Positions 37,491 to 47,159 of a stretch of 64,000 bases of DNA are shown in pieces. The translations under genes and the position numbers were made by a program. The stretch's first letter is position 1; the number at the start of each line of letters is the position of its first letter. The stretch is from an uncultured Gemmatimonadaceae bacterium (lineage in GTDB: Bacteria > Gemmatimonadota > Gemmatimonadetes > Gemmatimonadales > Gemmatimonadaceae), in assembly GCA_963761305.1 (NCBI GenBank), contig CAVXGK010000002.1, forward strand, positions 1,696,001-1,760,000, given 5' to 3'. A model generated the notes under the pieces. That model was not told the origin of the DNA and made no database searches. It was given only the letters and a program-made list of their open reading frames with translations.

Positions 37491-39638
37491 TCAGTCGCCG
37501 AGTACGGGCGTCCTGTCCGGCGTCTGTCGCTCGCCGGCCGGAAGCTCGCGAGCGGGCGACGTTTCGCGCGCCACACCCCACGGCTGTCTGATCAGCACCT
37601 CGTGCGACGGTCGCGATGCGCTCTGTGGGTTGCGCTGGGTCCACGTGCCGTCGGGCCCGAGATCCCACGCCATGCGATCGTCGTTGAGATACGTGCGGAG
37701 GAGCGTGCGCACCCGCTCGTGCAGCGCGGGGGTTTCGATCGGCGCCACGGCTTCGACGCGACGGTCGAAGTTGCGTGGCATCCAGTCGGCCGAGCCGAGG
37801 TAGAACTCGTCCTCACCGCCGTTGGCGAACTGCCACAGGCGCGAGTGCTCGAGGAAGCGCCCGACGATGCTGACGACGCGAATGTTGTCGCTCACGCCGG
37901 GAAGTCCGGGCCGGAGGCAACAGATCCCGCGCACGATCAGGTCGATCTCGACGCCCGCCTGCGACGCGCGGTACAACGCCTCGATCGTCTCTGCGTCCAC
38001 CAGCGCGTTCATCTTGCCGACGATGCGCGCCGGCCGTCCGGCGGCCGCGTGCTCCGCCTCGCGAGCGATCAGCTCCAGGAAGCGCGCGCGCATGTTCACC
38101 GGCGCGACGAGCAGCTTTCTGTACAACCGCTGCCGCGAATAGCCGGTGAGCGAATTGAACAGATCGCTCACATCGGCGCCGATCGATGGGCTGCACGTGA
38201 GCAGTCCGACGTCGGTGTAGAGTCTCGCCGTGCGCGAGTTGTAGTTGCCGGTGCCGAGGTGGATGTAGCGGCGAATGCCGTCCACTTCGCGGCGCACGAC
38301 GAGCGCCGTCTTGGCGTGCGTCTTGAGCGTGGCCGAGCCGAACGCCACGTGCACGCCGGCGTCTTCCAGCTGGCGCGCCCACGTGATGTTGTTCGCTTCG
38401 TCGAACCGCGCCTTGAGCTCCACAATGACCGCGACCTGCTTGCCGCGTTGCGCCGCTTCGACCAGCGCCGCGACGACGGCCGTGTCGCCCGACGTCCGGT
38501 AGAGCGTGACCTTGATCGCGAGCACCTGATCGTCGCGCGCCGCCTCCTTGAGCAGGCGCTCGACGGACGCGCCGAACGAATCGAACGGGTGATGGACCAG
38601 GAGGTCTCCCTCCCGGATCACGTCGAAGATGCTCCGCTCGGCATCGCGTAGCTCGGCCGGCGTCGCCGCGACGAACGGCGCGTCGCGCAGCGCCGGGAGG
38701 TCGAGCGTGGCCAGCCCGGTCAAGTCGCTCAAGTCGAGCAGCCGTCCCGCGTCGACGATGTCGCGCTCGCTGAGACGCCCGCTCTCGGTCACATCGTCCT
38801 CGCGCAATTCCTCGAGGAGGAGCGCGCGCAAATGCGCCGGCATGTCGTCCTGCACTTCGACGCGCACCACCTCACCGAATCGCCGCTGGAAGACCTGCTC
38901 CTCGATCGTCGCGAGCAGATCCTCGGGCTCCTCGACGGGGATGTCGAGGTCGGAGTAGCGCGTGATGCGGAACACGTACGACGCGACGACTTCCATGCCC
39001 GAGAAGAGCGCGCCAAGGTTCGCGCCGATGACCTGCTCGAGCGGCACAAAGTGGTTGGGGCGCGCGCGAACCGGGATCCACCGCGGCAGACTCTTCGGCA
39101 CTTTCACGCGCGCGAAGCGAATGGCGGCGTTGTCCGGGTCGCGAATCTCGACGGCGAGCGAAAGCGACAGGTTCGAGATGTACGGGAACGGATGCCCCGG
39201 ATCGACGGCCAGCGGCGTCAGCACCGGGAAGATCTGCGACTCGAAGAACTCGTCGATCTCGCCCCACTCGGCCGCGGTGAGGTCGCGCACGCCTAGCAGA
39301 CGAATGTCGTGCCGAGCGGCCTCGTCGAGCAGTGTCGTGAGGCAGCCACGCTGCATCGCGTTGAGGCGGGCGACTTCGGCGTCGATCGCGTCGAGCGTTT
39401 CTTGCGGAGTCAGCCCGTCGGCGGCCGTGAGGACGACGCCGGCAGCAACTTGGCGGCGAAGACCGGCGACGCGAACCATGTAAAATTCATCCAGGTTCGC
39501 GCTGAAGATCGAGAGAAACTTGATGCGCTCGAGCAGCGGCACGCGCGCATCCAGTGCCTGCTGCAGCACCCGCGCGTTGAACGCCAACCAACTCAGTTCG
39601 CGATTGAGATACAGCGAGGCCGGACGACCGTCAGTCAT
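37491..39638 (-). CDS. ppk1: Polyphosphate kinase 1
   Basis: NRELSWLAFNARV, DPGHPFP, ELKARFDE, KTHAK, GRFLEHSR and SADWMPRN motifs. Confidence 0.97.
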   Translation of the reverse strand: MTDGRPASLYLNRELSWLAFNARVLQQALDARVPLLERIKFLSIFSANLDEFYMVRVAGLRRQVAAGVVLTAADGLTPQETLDAIDAEVARLNAMQRGCLTTLLDEAARHDIRLLGVRDLTAAEWGEIDEFFESQIFPVLTPLAVDPGHPFPYISNLSLSLAVEIRDPDNAAIRFARVKVPKSLPRWIPVRARPNHFVPLEQVIGANLGALFSGMEVVASYVFRITRYSDLDIPVEEPEDLLATIEEQVFQRRFGEVVRVEVQDDMPAHLRALLLEELREDDVTESGRLSERDIVDAGRLLDLSDLTGLATLDLPALRDAPFVAATPAELRDAERSIFDVIREGDLLVHHPFDSFGASVERLLKEAARDDQVLAIKVTLYRTSGDTAVVAALVEAAQRGKQVAVIVELKARFDEANNITWARQLEDAGVHVAFGSATLKTHAKTALVVRREVDGIRRYIHLGTGNYNSRTARLYTDVGLLTCSPSIGADVSDLFNSLTGYSRQRLYRKLLVAPVNMRARFLELIAREAEHAAAGRPARIVGKMNALVDAETIEALYRASQAGVEIDLIVRGICCLRPGLPGVSDNIRVVSIVGRFLEHSRLWQFANGGEDEFYLGSADWMPRNFDRRVEAVAPIETPALHERVRTLLRTYLNDDRMAWDLGPDGTWTQRNPQSASRPSHEVLIRQPWGVARETSPARELPAGERQTPDRTPVLGD

Positions 39639-39653
39639 GGGTTCTACTGGGAC

Positions 39654-39685
39654 AAAAAGGGGCGCGCGTGACTGTCGCCCCCTTC
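39654..39685 (-). terminator. Terminator-like hairpin between pit and ppk1
   Basis: Minus strand: AAGGGGCG...CGCCCC followed by a T-run. Confidence 0.5.
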
Positions 39686-39737
39686 TAGAGTACGCTGCTC
39701 CGACCGCGGGCGGCCAGAGACGTTCGTGATAAACCTC

Positions 39738-39754
39738 GTCACGTTGGAGTCACG
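39738..39754 (+). promoter_or_regulatory. Pho-box-like direct repeat
   Basis: GTCACG-TTGGA-GTCACG with 11-bp period, about 100 bp upstream of ppk1. Confidence 0.4.
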
Positions 39755-39892
39755 ATCTCTAGTGCTGATGGAAGAATGATGCCACCATTGGCCCCCAAGC
39801 AGTGGCGCGCGTCACGGCGGAGATCGCCGAGCCGCCAACTTCCATAACACACTTTGGGGACTTGACTTACAGGCTTGGAGGCCGACCCGACC

Positions 39893-40930
39893 CTACAAAG
39901 TCGCGACTCGCGCCAGCAGCATGTAGAGCACCGCGGCCATCCCTGCCGAGGCCGGTATGGTGAGCACCCACGCCCAAACGATGCGCCCGGCAATGCCCCA
40001 CCGAACGGCTGAGGCGCGCTGCGTCGCGCCGACTCCGACGATGGCGCCGGTGATCGTGTGCGTGGTGCTCACGGGAATGCCGAAGTGGGTCGCGATCAAA
40101 ATCGCCACCGCTCCGCCCGTCTCGGCGCAGAATCCGCTCACCGGGCGCAGCTTGGTGATTCGCTGCCCCATCGTGTGCACGATGCGCCAACCCCCGAACA
40201 GCGTGCCGAGCGAGATGGCGGTGTAGGCGCCGAGCTCGAGCCAGCGCGGGATCGTGTCGTTGTTCGGGAGGTAGAGCGCGTGCAGCCAACCCGTCTGCAC
40301 GGCGAAATAGCCGTGGACGGAGACGAGCAGTCCGACGACCACGCCCATCGTCTTCTGTGCGTCGTTGCCGCCGTGGGAATACGACAGAAGCGCCGAGCTG
40401 GCGAGCTGCGCCGACCGGAAGAAGCGGTCGACGCGCGACGCCGAGGCTTTGTGGAAGATCCAGAATATCAGGACCATGAAGATGTAGCCGGCGAGCATGC
40501 CGACCAGCGGCGAGACGACGATGAACGACAGCGTCTGCACCCACTTCGTGCCCCACGTGATCGCCGCCGCGCCGCCCCGCGCCACCGCCGCGCCGGCGTA
40601 GCCGCCGATCAGCGCGTGCGACGAGCTCGACGGAATGCCGACCAACCACGTGATGATGTTCCAAGCGATCGCGCCGAGCAGTCCCGCGAGAATGACGTTC
40701 GGGTTCACGATGCTCTGCTCGATCATCCCGCCGCCCACTGCCTTGGCGACGGCGAGCGATCCGGTGAACGCCGCGGCGAAGTTGAAAATCGCCGCCCACA
40801 CGACGGCGGCGAGCGGGCTCAACACGCGCGTTCCGACGATCGTGGCGATGGAATTCGCCGAATCGTGAAACCCGTTGCTGAAATCGAAGATGAACGCGAT
40901 CAGGATGATCGCGACGACGTACGCGATCAC
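39893..40930 (-). CDS. pit: Inorganic phosphate transporter (PiT family)
   Basis: NGFHDSANSIAT, GIPSSSSHA, HGGNDAQK and PVSTTH motifs. Confidence 0.95.
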   Translation of the reverse strand: MIAYVVAIILIAFIFDFSNGFHDSANSIATIVGTRVLSPLAAVVWAAIFNFAAAFTGSLAVAKAVGGGMIEQSIVNPNVILAGLLGAIAWNIITWLVGIPSSSSHALIGGYAGAAVARGGAAAITWGTKWVQTLSFIVVSPLVGMLAGYIFMVLIFWIFHKASASRVDRFFRSAQLASSALLSYSHGGNDAQKTMGVVVGLLVSVHGYFAVQTGWLHALYLPNNDTIPRWLELGAYTAISLGTLFGGWRIVHTMGQRITKLRPVSGFCAETGGAVAILIATHFGIPVSTTHTITGAIVGVGATQRASAVRWGIAGRIVWAWVLTIPASAGMAAVLYMLLARVATL

Positions 40931-40949
40931 TGGATCTCGACGAGGCGCG

Positions 40950-41567
40950 TCATCCGTTCTTCAACGAGATGCTTTGGAGCACCTGCGCCACGCCCATGCA
41001 GCTGTCGATGGCGCCTTCGAGCGTGTCGTACACGTCCTTCCACTTGAGGACGTCGAGCGGGTTCGGGCTGCCGGCGAACAGGGCGCCCATCGCCTCGTGA
41101 TAGACGGCGTCGCCCTCTTCCTCGAGATGTTTGATCAACGCGACGCGCTGATTCACCGAAGGCGGCTTTCGCATTTCGGCTACCGCACCCTGGATCTCGA
41201 CCGCCGCGCGGCAGAGTACACCGGTGAGCTGACGGGCCGGTGGAAGCACCTCGGTGATGTGGAGCATCTCGAAGCGACGCGCCGTGCCGTCGATGAGGTC
41301 GATCACGTCGTCGAGCCGCGTCGCGAGCATGTGAATGTCCTCGCGGTCGATCGGCGTGATGAAGCTCTTGTCGATGCGCTGATTCACCGTCAGCGTCAAC
41401 AGATCGGCCTTATGCTCGACGTCCTTGATCGCCTTGACGTGATCGTGCACGTGCGGCGCGTCGCCGAACAAGGTGTCGAGCATGCGTGCCGTGGTGGCGA
41501 GGTGCCCCGCCAACTGGTCGAACAGCTCGAAGAACTCGTCGTCGCGCGGAAGCAGCCGGCCGAGCAT
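40950..41567 (-). CDS. DUF47 / PhoU-like Pit accessory protein
   Basis: EHKAD, FITPIDREDI and LEEEGD motifs; directly upstream of pit. Confidence 0.9.
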   Translation of the reverse strand: MLGRLLPRDDEFFELFDQLAGHLATTARMLDTLFGDAPHVHDHVKAIKDVEHKADLLTLTVNQRIDKSFITPIDREDIHMLATRLDDVIDLIDGTARRFEMLHITEVLPPARQLTGVLCRAAVEIQGAVAEMRKPPSVNQRVALIKHLEEEGDAVYHEAMGALFAGSPNPLDVLKWKDVYDTLEGAIDSCMGVAQVLQSISLKNG

Positions 41568-41625
41568 TGGGTAGGCGGGTGGGCGGTGGACGGGATCGAC
41601 GGCAAGCCGCGCCGTGAACGAGCGA

Positions 41626-41643
41626 GTGTCACGGACATGTCAC
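41626..41643 (+). promoter_or_regulatory. Pho-box-like direct repeat
   Basis: TGTCAC-GGACA-TGTCAC with 11-bp period, about 60 bp upstream of the DUF47-pit operon. Confidence 0.5.
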
Positions 41644-41723
41644 AACGCCGTGATCGCCTCGAACTTACCGCCCCCGGAACACCCCGGAAACCCAAAGCGA
41701 GCTGGTTTGCCTCGACGGGGTCT

Positions 41724-42506
41724 CTAGGCGCTGCGCAGGCTCCACTGATCCTCGAGCCGGATGCGGTTTCGCTCCGCCACCAGGTCGGGCCTCTCGAAGA
41801 GCTTGATCAGCAGCATGCCGGAGACGAAGCCGCCGATGTGCGCCCACACCGCCACGCCACCCGACACGTTCGACTGCATCGGCGTCATGTACGCCGTGAC
41901 GACCTGAATCGCGAACCAGTAGACCAGTACGATCCACGCCGGAATCCGGAAGACTTTGAAGAAGATGATGAAGATGAACAGCATGTGGACGCGTACCTTC
42001 GGGTACATGAGCAGGTACGCCCCGAGCACACCGGAGATGGCGCCGGACGCGCCGACCGTCGGCGCGATCGACGTCGGATTGAGCAGCACCTGCGTCGCCG
42101 CCGCGACGAGCCCGCAGACGAGATAGAACACGAGAAAGCGCGCCGGGCCCATGCTGTCTTCGACGTTGTTGCCGAAGACCCACAGGAAGATCGCGTTTCC
42201 GAGGATGTGACCCCAGCCGCCGTGCAGGAACATCGAGATCAGCGGCGTGAGATAGTTGATTCGGTCGTGGTCGACGGTGCACGAGAGTTGTCCCGGCACG
42301 ATCCAGAAGCCCGCGCCAACAGGCGCTCTGCCCGTCAGCTCGCCGGGGACCATGCCGAGGTTGCAAACGCTCTTGGCCAACTGCATCTCGGTCCCAGGCA
42401 GGCCGCCCCCCTGCACCGCGAACCACACGGCGAAGATGGCGCCCAGGATGAGCCAGGTCATCACGGGCGTTCGAAGCGTCGGGTTGTCGTCGGAGATCGG
42501 GATCAT
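41724..42506 (-). CDS. Rhomboid intramembrane serine protease
   Basis: SMFLHGGWGHILGN, VGASGAISG and AHIGGF motifs. Confidence 0.92.
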   Translation of the reverse strand: MIPISDDNPTLRTPVMTWLILGAIFAVWFAVQGGGLPGTEMQLAKSVCNLGMVPGELTGRAPVGAGFWIVPGQLSCTVDHDRINYLTPLISMFLHGGWGHILGNAIFLWVFGNNVEDSMGPARFLVFYLVCGLVAAATQVLLNPTSIAPTVGASGAISGVLGAYLLMYPKVRVHMLFIFIIFFKVFRIPAWIVLVYWFAIQVVTAYMTPMQSNVSGGVAVWAHIGGFVSGMLLIKLFERPDLVAERNRIRLEDQWSLRSA

Positions 42507-42699
42507 TGCTCGGATTTCGAGGCGGCCGGGTGCCCGGCCCGGTGCGACGGTCTGACAGGCACCGGACGCCGCGCGTCAGCCTTCACTGCGAGACCCCTGC
42601 CAACTTGGCGGGGATATGAGGTCCCGCAATTGCCTTCCACCACCGCGATCATGGCAGGCTCCGCCCGGCTGCCTCAACCAGGAACACGAAGAGGAAGCA

Positions 42700-44661
42700 A
42701 TGGCCGACAAAGTTATTGGAATCGATCTCGGTACCACGAACTCCGTCGTCGCGGTCATGGAAGGCGGAGACCCCGTCGTGATTCCGAACGCCGAAGGCGG
42801 TCGGACCACGCCGTCGGTCGTCGGCTTCACGAAGGACGGCGAGCGCCTCGTCGGCCAAGTCGCCAAGCGTCAAGCCGTGACCAACCCGCAGAACACGGTC
42901 TTTTCGATCAAGCGATTCATGGGCCGCAGGATGAGCGAGGTCCCGGACGAGATCAAACGAGTCCCCTACAAGGTCGTGGCCGGTCCCGGCGATCTCGCCA
43001 CGGTCGAAGTCCAGGGCAAGCGCTACACGCCGCCCGAGATCTCGGCCATGATTCTGCAAAAGATGAAGCAGACCGCCGAGGACTACCTCGGCCACTCGGT
43101 GGCGAAGGCGGTCGTCACCGTTCCCGCGTACTTCAACGACGCGCAGCGACAGGCGACGAAAGACGCCGGCAAGATCGCCGGACTCGAAGTCCTGCGAATC
43201 ATCAACGAGCCGACGGCGGCCGCGCTCGCCTACGGACTCGACAAGAAGAAGGATGAAAAAGTCGCCGTCTTCGACCTCGGCGGCGGCACCTACGACATCT
43301 CGGTCCTCGAGCTCTACGACGTCGAGGGCTCGCGCCAGTTCGAGGTGAAGTCCACCAACGGCGACACCCACCTCGGCGGCGACGACTTCGACCAGCGCGT
43401 CATCGACTGGATCGTCGGCGAGTTCAAACGCGACCAGGGCATCGACCTCTCGAAGGATCCGATGGCGCTCCAGCGCCTCAAGGAAGCCGCTGAGAAGGCG
43501 AAGATGGAGTTGTCGAGCACGATGACGACGGACATCAACCTGCCTTTCATCACCGCGGACCAGAGCGGACCCAAGCACCTCAACTACACGCTCTCGCGCG
43601 CCAAGCTCGAGCAACTGGTCGACGATCTGATCCAGCGCACGATCGAGCCGATGAAGAAGGCGCTCAAGGACGCCGGCCTCGAGCCCAAGGATATCGACGA
43701 GGTGATTCTCGTCGGCGGCTCGACGCGCATGCCCAAGATCCAGCAGATCGTGAAGGACTACTTCGGCAAGGAGCCGAATCGTTCGGTGAACCCGGACGAA
43801 GTGGTGGCGATCGGCGCGGCGATTCAGGGCGCGGTGCTCACCGGAGAGCAGAAGGACGTGCTGCTGCTCGACGTCACGCCGCTTTCTCTTGGAATCGAGA
43901 CGTTGGGCGGTGTGACAACGGTGCTCATTCCGCGCAACACGACGATTCCAACGAAGAAGTCGGAGACGTTCTCGACGGCCGACGACAACCAGACGACGGT
44001 CGAGATTCACGTGCTGCAGGGCGAGCGCGACATGGCGCGCGACAACCGCACGATCGGGAAATTCCAGCTCACCGGAATTCCGCCCGCTCCGCGCGGCATG
44101 CCGCAGATCGAGGTCACGTTCGACATCGACGCGAACGGCATCCTGCACGTGTCAGCCAAGGACAAGGCGACGAGCAAGGAACAGAAGATCCGCATCGAGG
44201 CGTCGAGCGGTCTCTCCGATTCCGACATCGACCGCATGGTAAAGGACGCCGAGAAGAACGCCACCGACGACAAGAAGCGTCGCGAGGAGATCGACGCGCG
44301 CAATCGGCTCGACAGCATGACGTACGAGGTCGAGAAGAACGCGAAGGAGTGGTCGGACCGGTTGCCGGCCGAGCTCAAGGCCAAGCTCGACGCGGCGGTC
44401 GAGCGCTCGCGCAAGGCGCTTCGCGGCGACGACACGAACGAGATTCGCGCCGCGCAGGAAGAGCTGAGCAAGGCCTACAGCGAGGCGGGTCAGTCGTTCT
44501 ACGCGCAGAATCAGGCCCCGCCGGGCGGCGGCCCCGCGTCAGGCGGTCAAGGCGGCCAGGGCGGCGAGCCCGGAGCGCCGGGTTCGACTCCGCCGGGTGG
44601 CAAGCCGCAGGACGACGTCGTCGAAGCCGACTACGAGATCGTCGACGACAGCAAGAAGTAG
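42700..44661 (+). CDS. dnaK: Chaperone DnaK
   Basis: [23 protein letters not shown] and [10 protein letters not shown] motifs; SD GAGG before ATG 42700. Confidence 0.98.
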   Translation: MADKVIGIDLGTTNSVVAVMEGGDPVVIPNAEGGRTTPSVVGFTKDGERLVGQVAKRQAVTNPQNTVFSIKRFMGRRMSEVPDEIKRVPYKVVAGPGDLATVEVQGKRYTPPEISAMILQKMKQTAEDYLGHSVAKAVVTVPAYFNDAQRQATKDAGKIAGLEVLRIINEPTAAALAYGLDKKKDEKVAVFDLGGGTYDISVLELYDVEGSRQFEVKSTNGDTHLGGDDFDQRVIDWIVGEFKRDQGIDLSKDPMALQRLKEAAEKAKMELSSTMTTDINLPFITADQSGPKHLNYTLSRAKLEQLVDDLIQRTIEPMKKALKDAGLEPKDIDEVILVGGSTRMPKIQQIVKDYFGKEPNRSVNPDEVVAIGAAIQGAVLTGEQKDVLLLDVTPLSLGIETLGGVTTVLIPRNTTIPTKKSETFSTADDNQTTVEIHVLQGERDMARDNRTIGKFQLTGIPPAPRGMPQIEVTFDIDANGILHVSAKDKATSKEQKIRIEASSGLSDSDIDRMVKDAEKNATDDKKRREEIDARNRLDSMTYEVEKNAKEWSDRLPAELKAKLDAAVERSRKALRGDDTNEIRAAQEELSKAYSEAGQSFYAQNQAPPGGGPASGGQGGQGGEPGAPGSTPPGGKPQDDVVEADYEIVDDSKK

Positions 44662-44686
44662 GGTCGAGGCGTAAAGTTTTTGTGAT

Positions 44687-44718
44687 GACCGGCTCGCGGC
44701 GGAAACCCGAGCCGGTTT
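44687..44718 (+). terminator. Hairpin after dnaK
   Basis: ACCGGCTCG...CGAGCCGGT followed by TT. Confidence 0.5.
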
Positions 44719-44829
44719 GTGCGTGTCATTAAGACGAAGCCCTTGTCCAGCGGTCGAGGGCGCTCGAAACTTGCACCAGCCCCGCGTGTAGGATTCAGGA
44801 TCAACATTTCACGCAGGTACATCGCCTCT

Positions 44830-46443
44830 ATGACCAGTCGCTACTCTCGCGCACGTTTCAGCGCCGCCGTCGTGGTGGCGTTTTTCTGCGGGCTGATTTT
44901 CGCGTCGGGTTTCGACCTGACGCACTTCGGCTGGGCGCAGGCGCGCGTCGGCTCATCGTCGACAGCGCAGAAACCGAGCGAAGCGCAAATCGCGCCGGCG
45001 GCCGATCTGGAGTCGGCGTTCGAAGCCGTCGCCGACCACGCGCGCCCCGCGGTCGTTTCGATCGACATCGAGAAGTTCGCCAAGCCCCGTCCCGCCGTGG
45101 TTCAGCGCCGCCCACGCGGCCAAGGGCAGCTTCCGCCGGGCATGGAGCAGTTCTTCCGTCAGTTCGACCCGAACGCACAGCCGGACGACACGCCTGAAGA
45201 GGCGAGCGGCTCGGGCTTCATCGTTTCAAACGACGGCTACATCCTGACCAACAATCACGTCGTCGCCGACGCCGATCGCGTGAACGTCACGCTGTTCGAC
45301 AAGCGCGTGTTCCTCGCGAAGGTCATCGGCCGCGATTCGACGACCGACGTCGCCGTCATCAAGATCGACGCCGGCAGCAACCTGCCGACGCTTTCGCTCG
45401 GCGACGACGCGAAGGCGCGCGTCGGCGCGTGGGTGCTGGCCATCGGCAATCCGTTGACGCTCGACTTCACGGTCACGGCCGGCATCGTGAGCGCCAAGGG
45501 TCGCAAGGCGACCGGCCTGCTGAATCCGAACGGCCAGAATCCGTACGCGATCACCGACTACATCCAGACCGACGCCGCGATCAATCCAGGCAACTCGGGT
45601 GGTCCGCTGCTCAACATCCGCGGCGAAGTGATCGGCATCAACAGCGCGATCGCCAGCGGCACGGGCCGGTACGAAGGCTACGGCTTCGCGATTCCGATCA
45701 CGCTGGCCAAGCAGGTGATGGACGACCTCGAGAAGTACGGCAAGGTTCGTCGCGCAGTCGTCGGCGTCGTCCTCGGCGAAGTGAGTCCGGCGGACGCGAA
45801 GGCCGCTCACCTCGCGCAGGTTGGCGGTGCGTTGGTCGGCGACTTCAATCCGGCGCACGACAGCCCCGCCGAACGAGCCGGCATCCTGCAGGGCGACGTT
45901 ATCGTGGGTGCGGACGGTAAGCCCGTGGACCAGGTCAGCACGCTCCAGCGCATCATTCGCGGCCACAAGCCTGGCGACGTCGTGGATCTCGAGATCGTAC
46001 GCTATGGCGACACCAAGCATTTCAAGGTGAAGCTCGCCGAACCGCCGGCAGACGTCAGCCCCGCGGCCCAAGGCGAAGAAGAGGACTCGACGCCGGTGCA
46101 TCCGACGGCGTCGACGGGCAAGCAGAACGACAAGTTGGGCGTCACGGTGCAGCCGATTCCGCCGGACTACCTCCAGCAGTCGAAGCTGCAGCCGCAGTAT
46201 CGCTCGGGCCTGTTCGTGGGCGCCGTCAGCGGGCGCGGTTCGGCGTTCCGCAATCTCTTCCAGAACGACATCATTCTGCGTGAGATGGCGCCGTCGCCGC
46301 GCGACATTCACAGCGCCGAGGATCTTGCGGCCGCCGTCGCGTCGCTCAAGAGCGGTGACGTCGTGCAGTTCAAGGTCTGCGCGAATCCCGACCCTCGCAC
46401 GGGTTCCTGCCCGACGCGCATCGTGAGCATCGAGATCCGGTGA
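44830..46443 (+). CDS. htrA: HtrA/DegP-family serine protease with PDZ domains
   Basis: GSGFIV, LTNNHVV, DVAVIK and DAAINPGNSGGPL motifs. Confidence 0.93.
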   Translation: MTSRYSRARFSAAVVVAFFCGLIFASGFDLTHFGWAQARVGSSSTAQKPSEAQIAPAADLESAFEAVADHARPAVVSIDIEKFAKPRPAVVQRRPRGQGQLPPGMEQFFRQFDPNAQPDDTPEEASGSGFIVSNDGYILTNNHVVADADRVNVTLFDKRVFLAKVIGRDSTTDVAVIKIDAGSNLPTLSLGDDAKARVGAWVLAIGNPLTLDFTVTAGIVSAKGRKATGLLNPNGQNPYAITDYIQTDAAINPGNSGGPLLNIRGEVIGINSAIASGTGRYEGYGFAIPITLAKQVMDDLEKYGKVRRAVVGVVLGEVSPADAKAAHLAQVGGALVGDFNPAHDSPAERAGILQGDVIVGADGKPVDQVSTLQRIIRGHKPGDVVDLEIVRYGDTKHFKVKLAEPPADVSPAAQGEEEDSTPVHPTASTGKQNDKLGVTVQPIPPDYLQQSKLQPQYRSGLFVGAVSGRGSAFRNLFQNDIILREMAPSPRDIHSAEDLAAAVASLKSGDVVQFKVCANPDPRTGSCPTRIVSIEIR

Positions 46444-46446
46444 GGC

Positions 46447-46482
46447 TGGTGGACCGGTGAGGCGGGTGGACCGGTGGACCGG
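46447..46482. repeat. CGGTGGAC-like 8-bp array
   Basis: TGGTGGAC CGGTGAGG C GGGTGGAC CGGTGGAC; a short inverted partner lies near 46555-46571. Confidence 0.6.
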
Positions 46483-46506
46483 AAAAAAACTTTAGACTAG
46501 AAATTC

Positions 46507-46540
46507 AAAGGGAGCCGCAACCGTGGCTCCCTTTTTTTCC
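46507..46540. terminator. Bidirectional intrinsic terminator
   Basis: AAAGGGAGCC-8nt-GGCTCCCTTTTTTT between convergent genes. Confidence 0.8.
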
Positions 46541-46571
46541 TTGCACGCCCTTTGCCCGACCCGTCCACCCG

Positions 46572-47159
46572 CTACGGCGACGTGAGCGTGAACGTCACGT
46601 TCATCGTGTAGGTCCCCGGCTTGTCCGTGGTCCAGTGGACGATCGGGCGAACGTACATCGACACGGGCGCGCCTGGACCCGGCGTGCCGGTGGTGACGGT
46701 CTTTGCCGTCGTCGTCATCGCCGTGCGGGTTCCCGCCGGCGTGAGACTCCACACCAGATCGGCGACAGGCTTGGACGTCCACGCGCCGCCACTCGCCGTC
46801 CAGAACGCCGAATTGCCGTTCACCTGCACCGTCCAGGAACGATTCCCCATCACCGTGAGCGAAACGACCGACGGCGTGGCAAGGCCGGTCGCCACGTTCA
46901 TGTCCGCCGACGTCGCCGTGTAGCTCGACGACGTCGGTGAAACCGTGAGCTGGAGGAGCGCGGGGTTCACGATCGTGGCCGGAGCCGGCAGCGACACGGT
47001 CGGCGTACACTTGCCGGAAGCACCGGTGACTTTGCACGTCACCACCGCCTGTGCTCCCGCGGCGTCGACGAGCAACGCCGACAGCGCGAGCGAACCGAGC
47101 GCGCCGCGTGCACCGAGTGCGCATCGTGCCAATCGTTTCACATGCACGTTGAACCTCAT
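46572..47159 (-). CDS. Secreted pilin-like subunit 3
   Basis: Signal peptide, Cys pair, Thr-rich beta strands, KPVADLVWS, C-terminal PGTYTMNVTFTL; paralog of 51308-51856. Confidence 0.6.
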   Translation of the reverse strand: MRFNVHVKRLARCALGARGALGSLALSALLVDAAGAQAVVTCKVTGASGKCTPTVSLPAPATIVNPALLQLTVSPTSSSYTATSADMNVATGLATPSVVSLTVMGNRSWTVQVNGNSAFWTASGGAWTSKPVADLVWSLTPAGTRTAMTTTAKTVTTGTPGPGAPVSMYVRPIVHWTTDKPGTYTMNVTFTLTSP

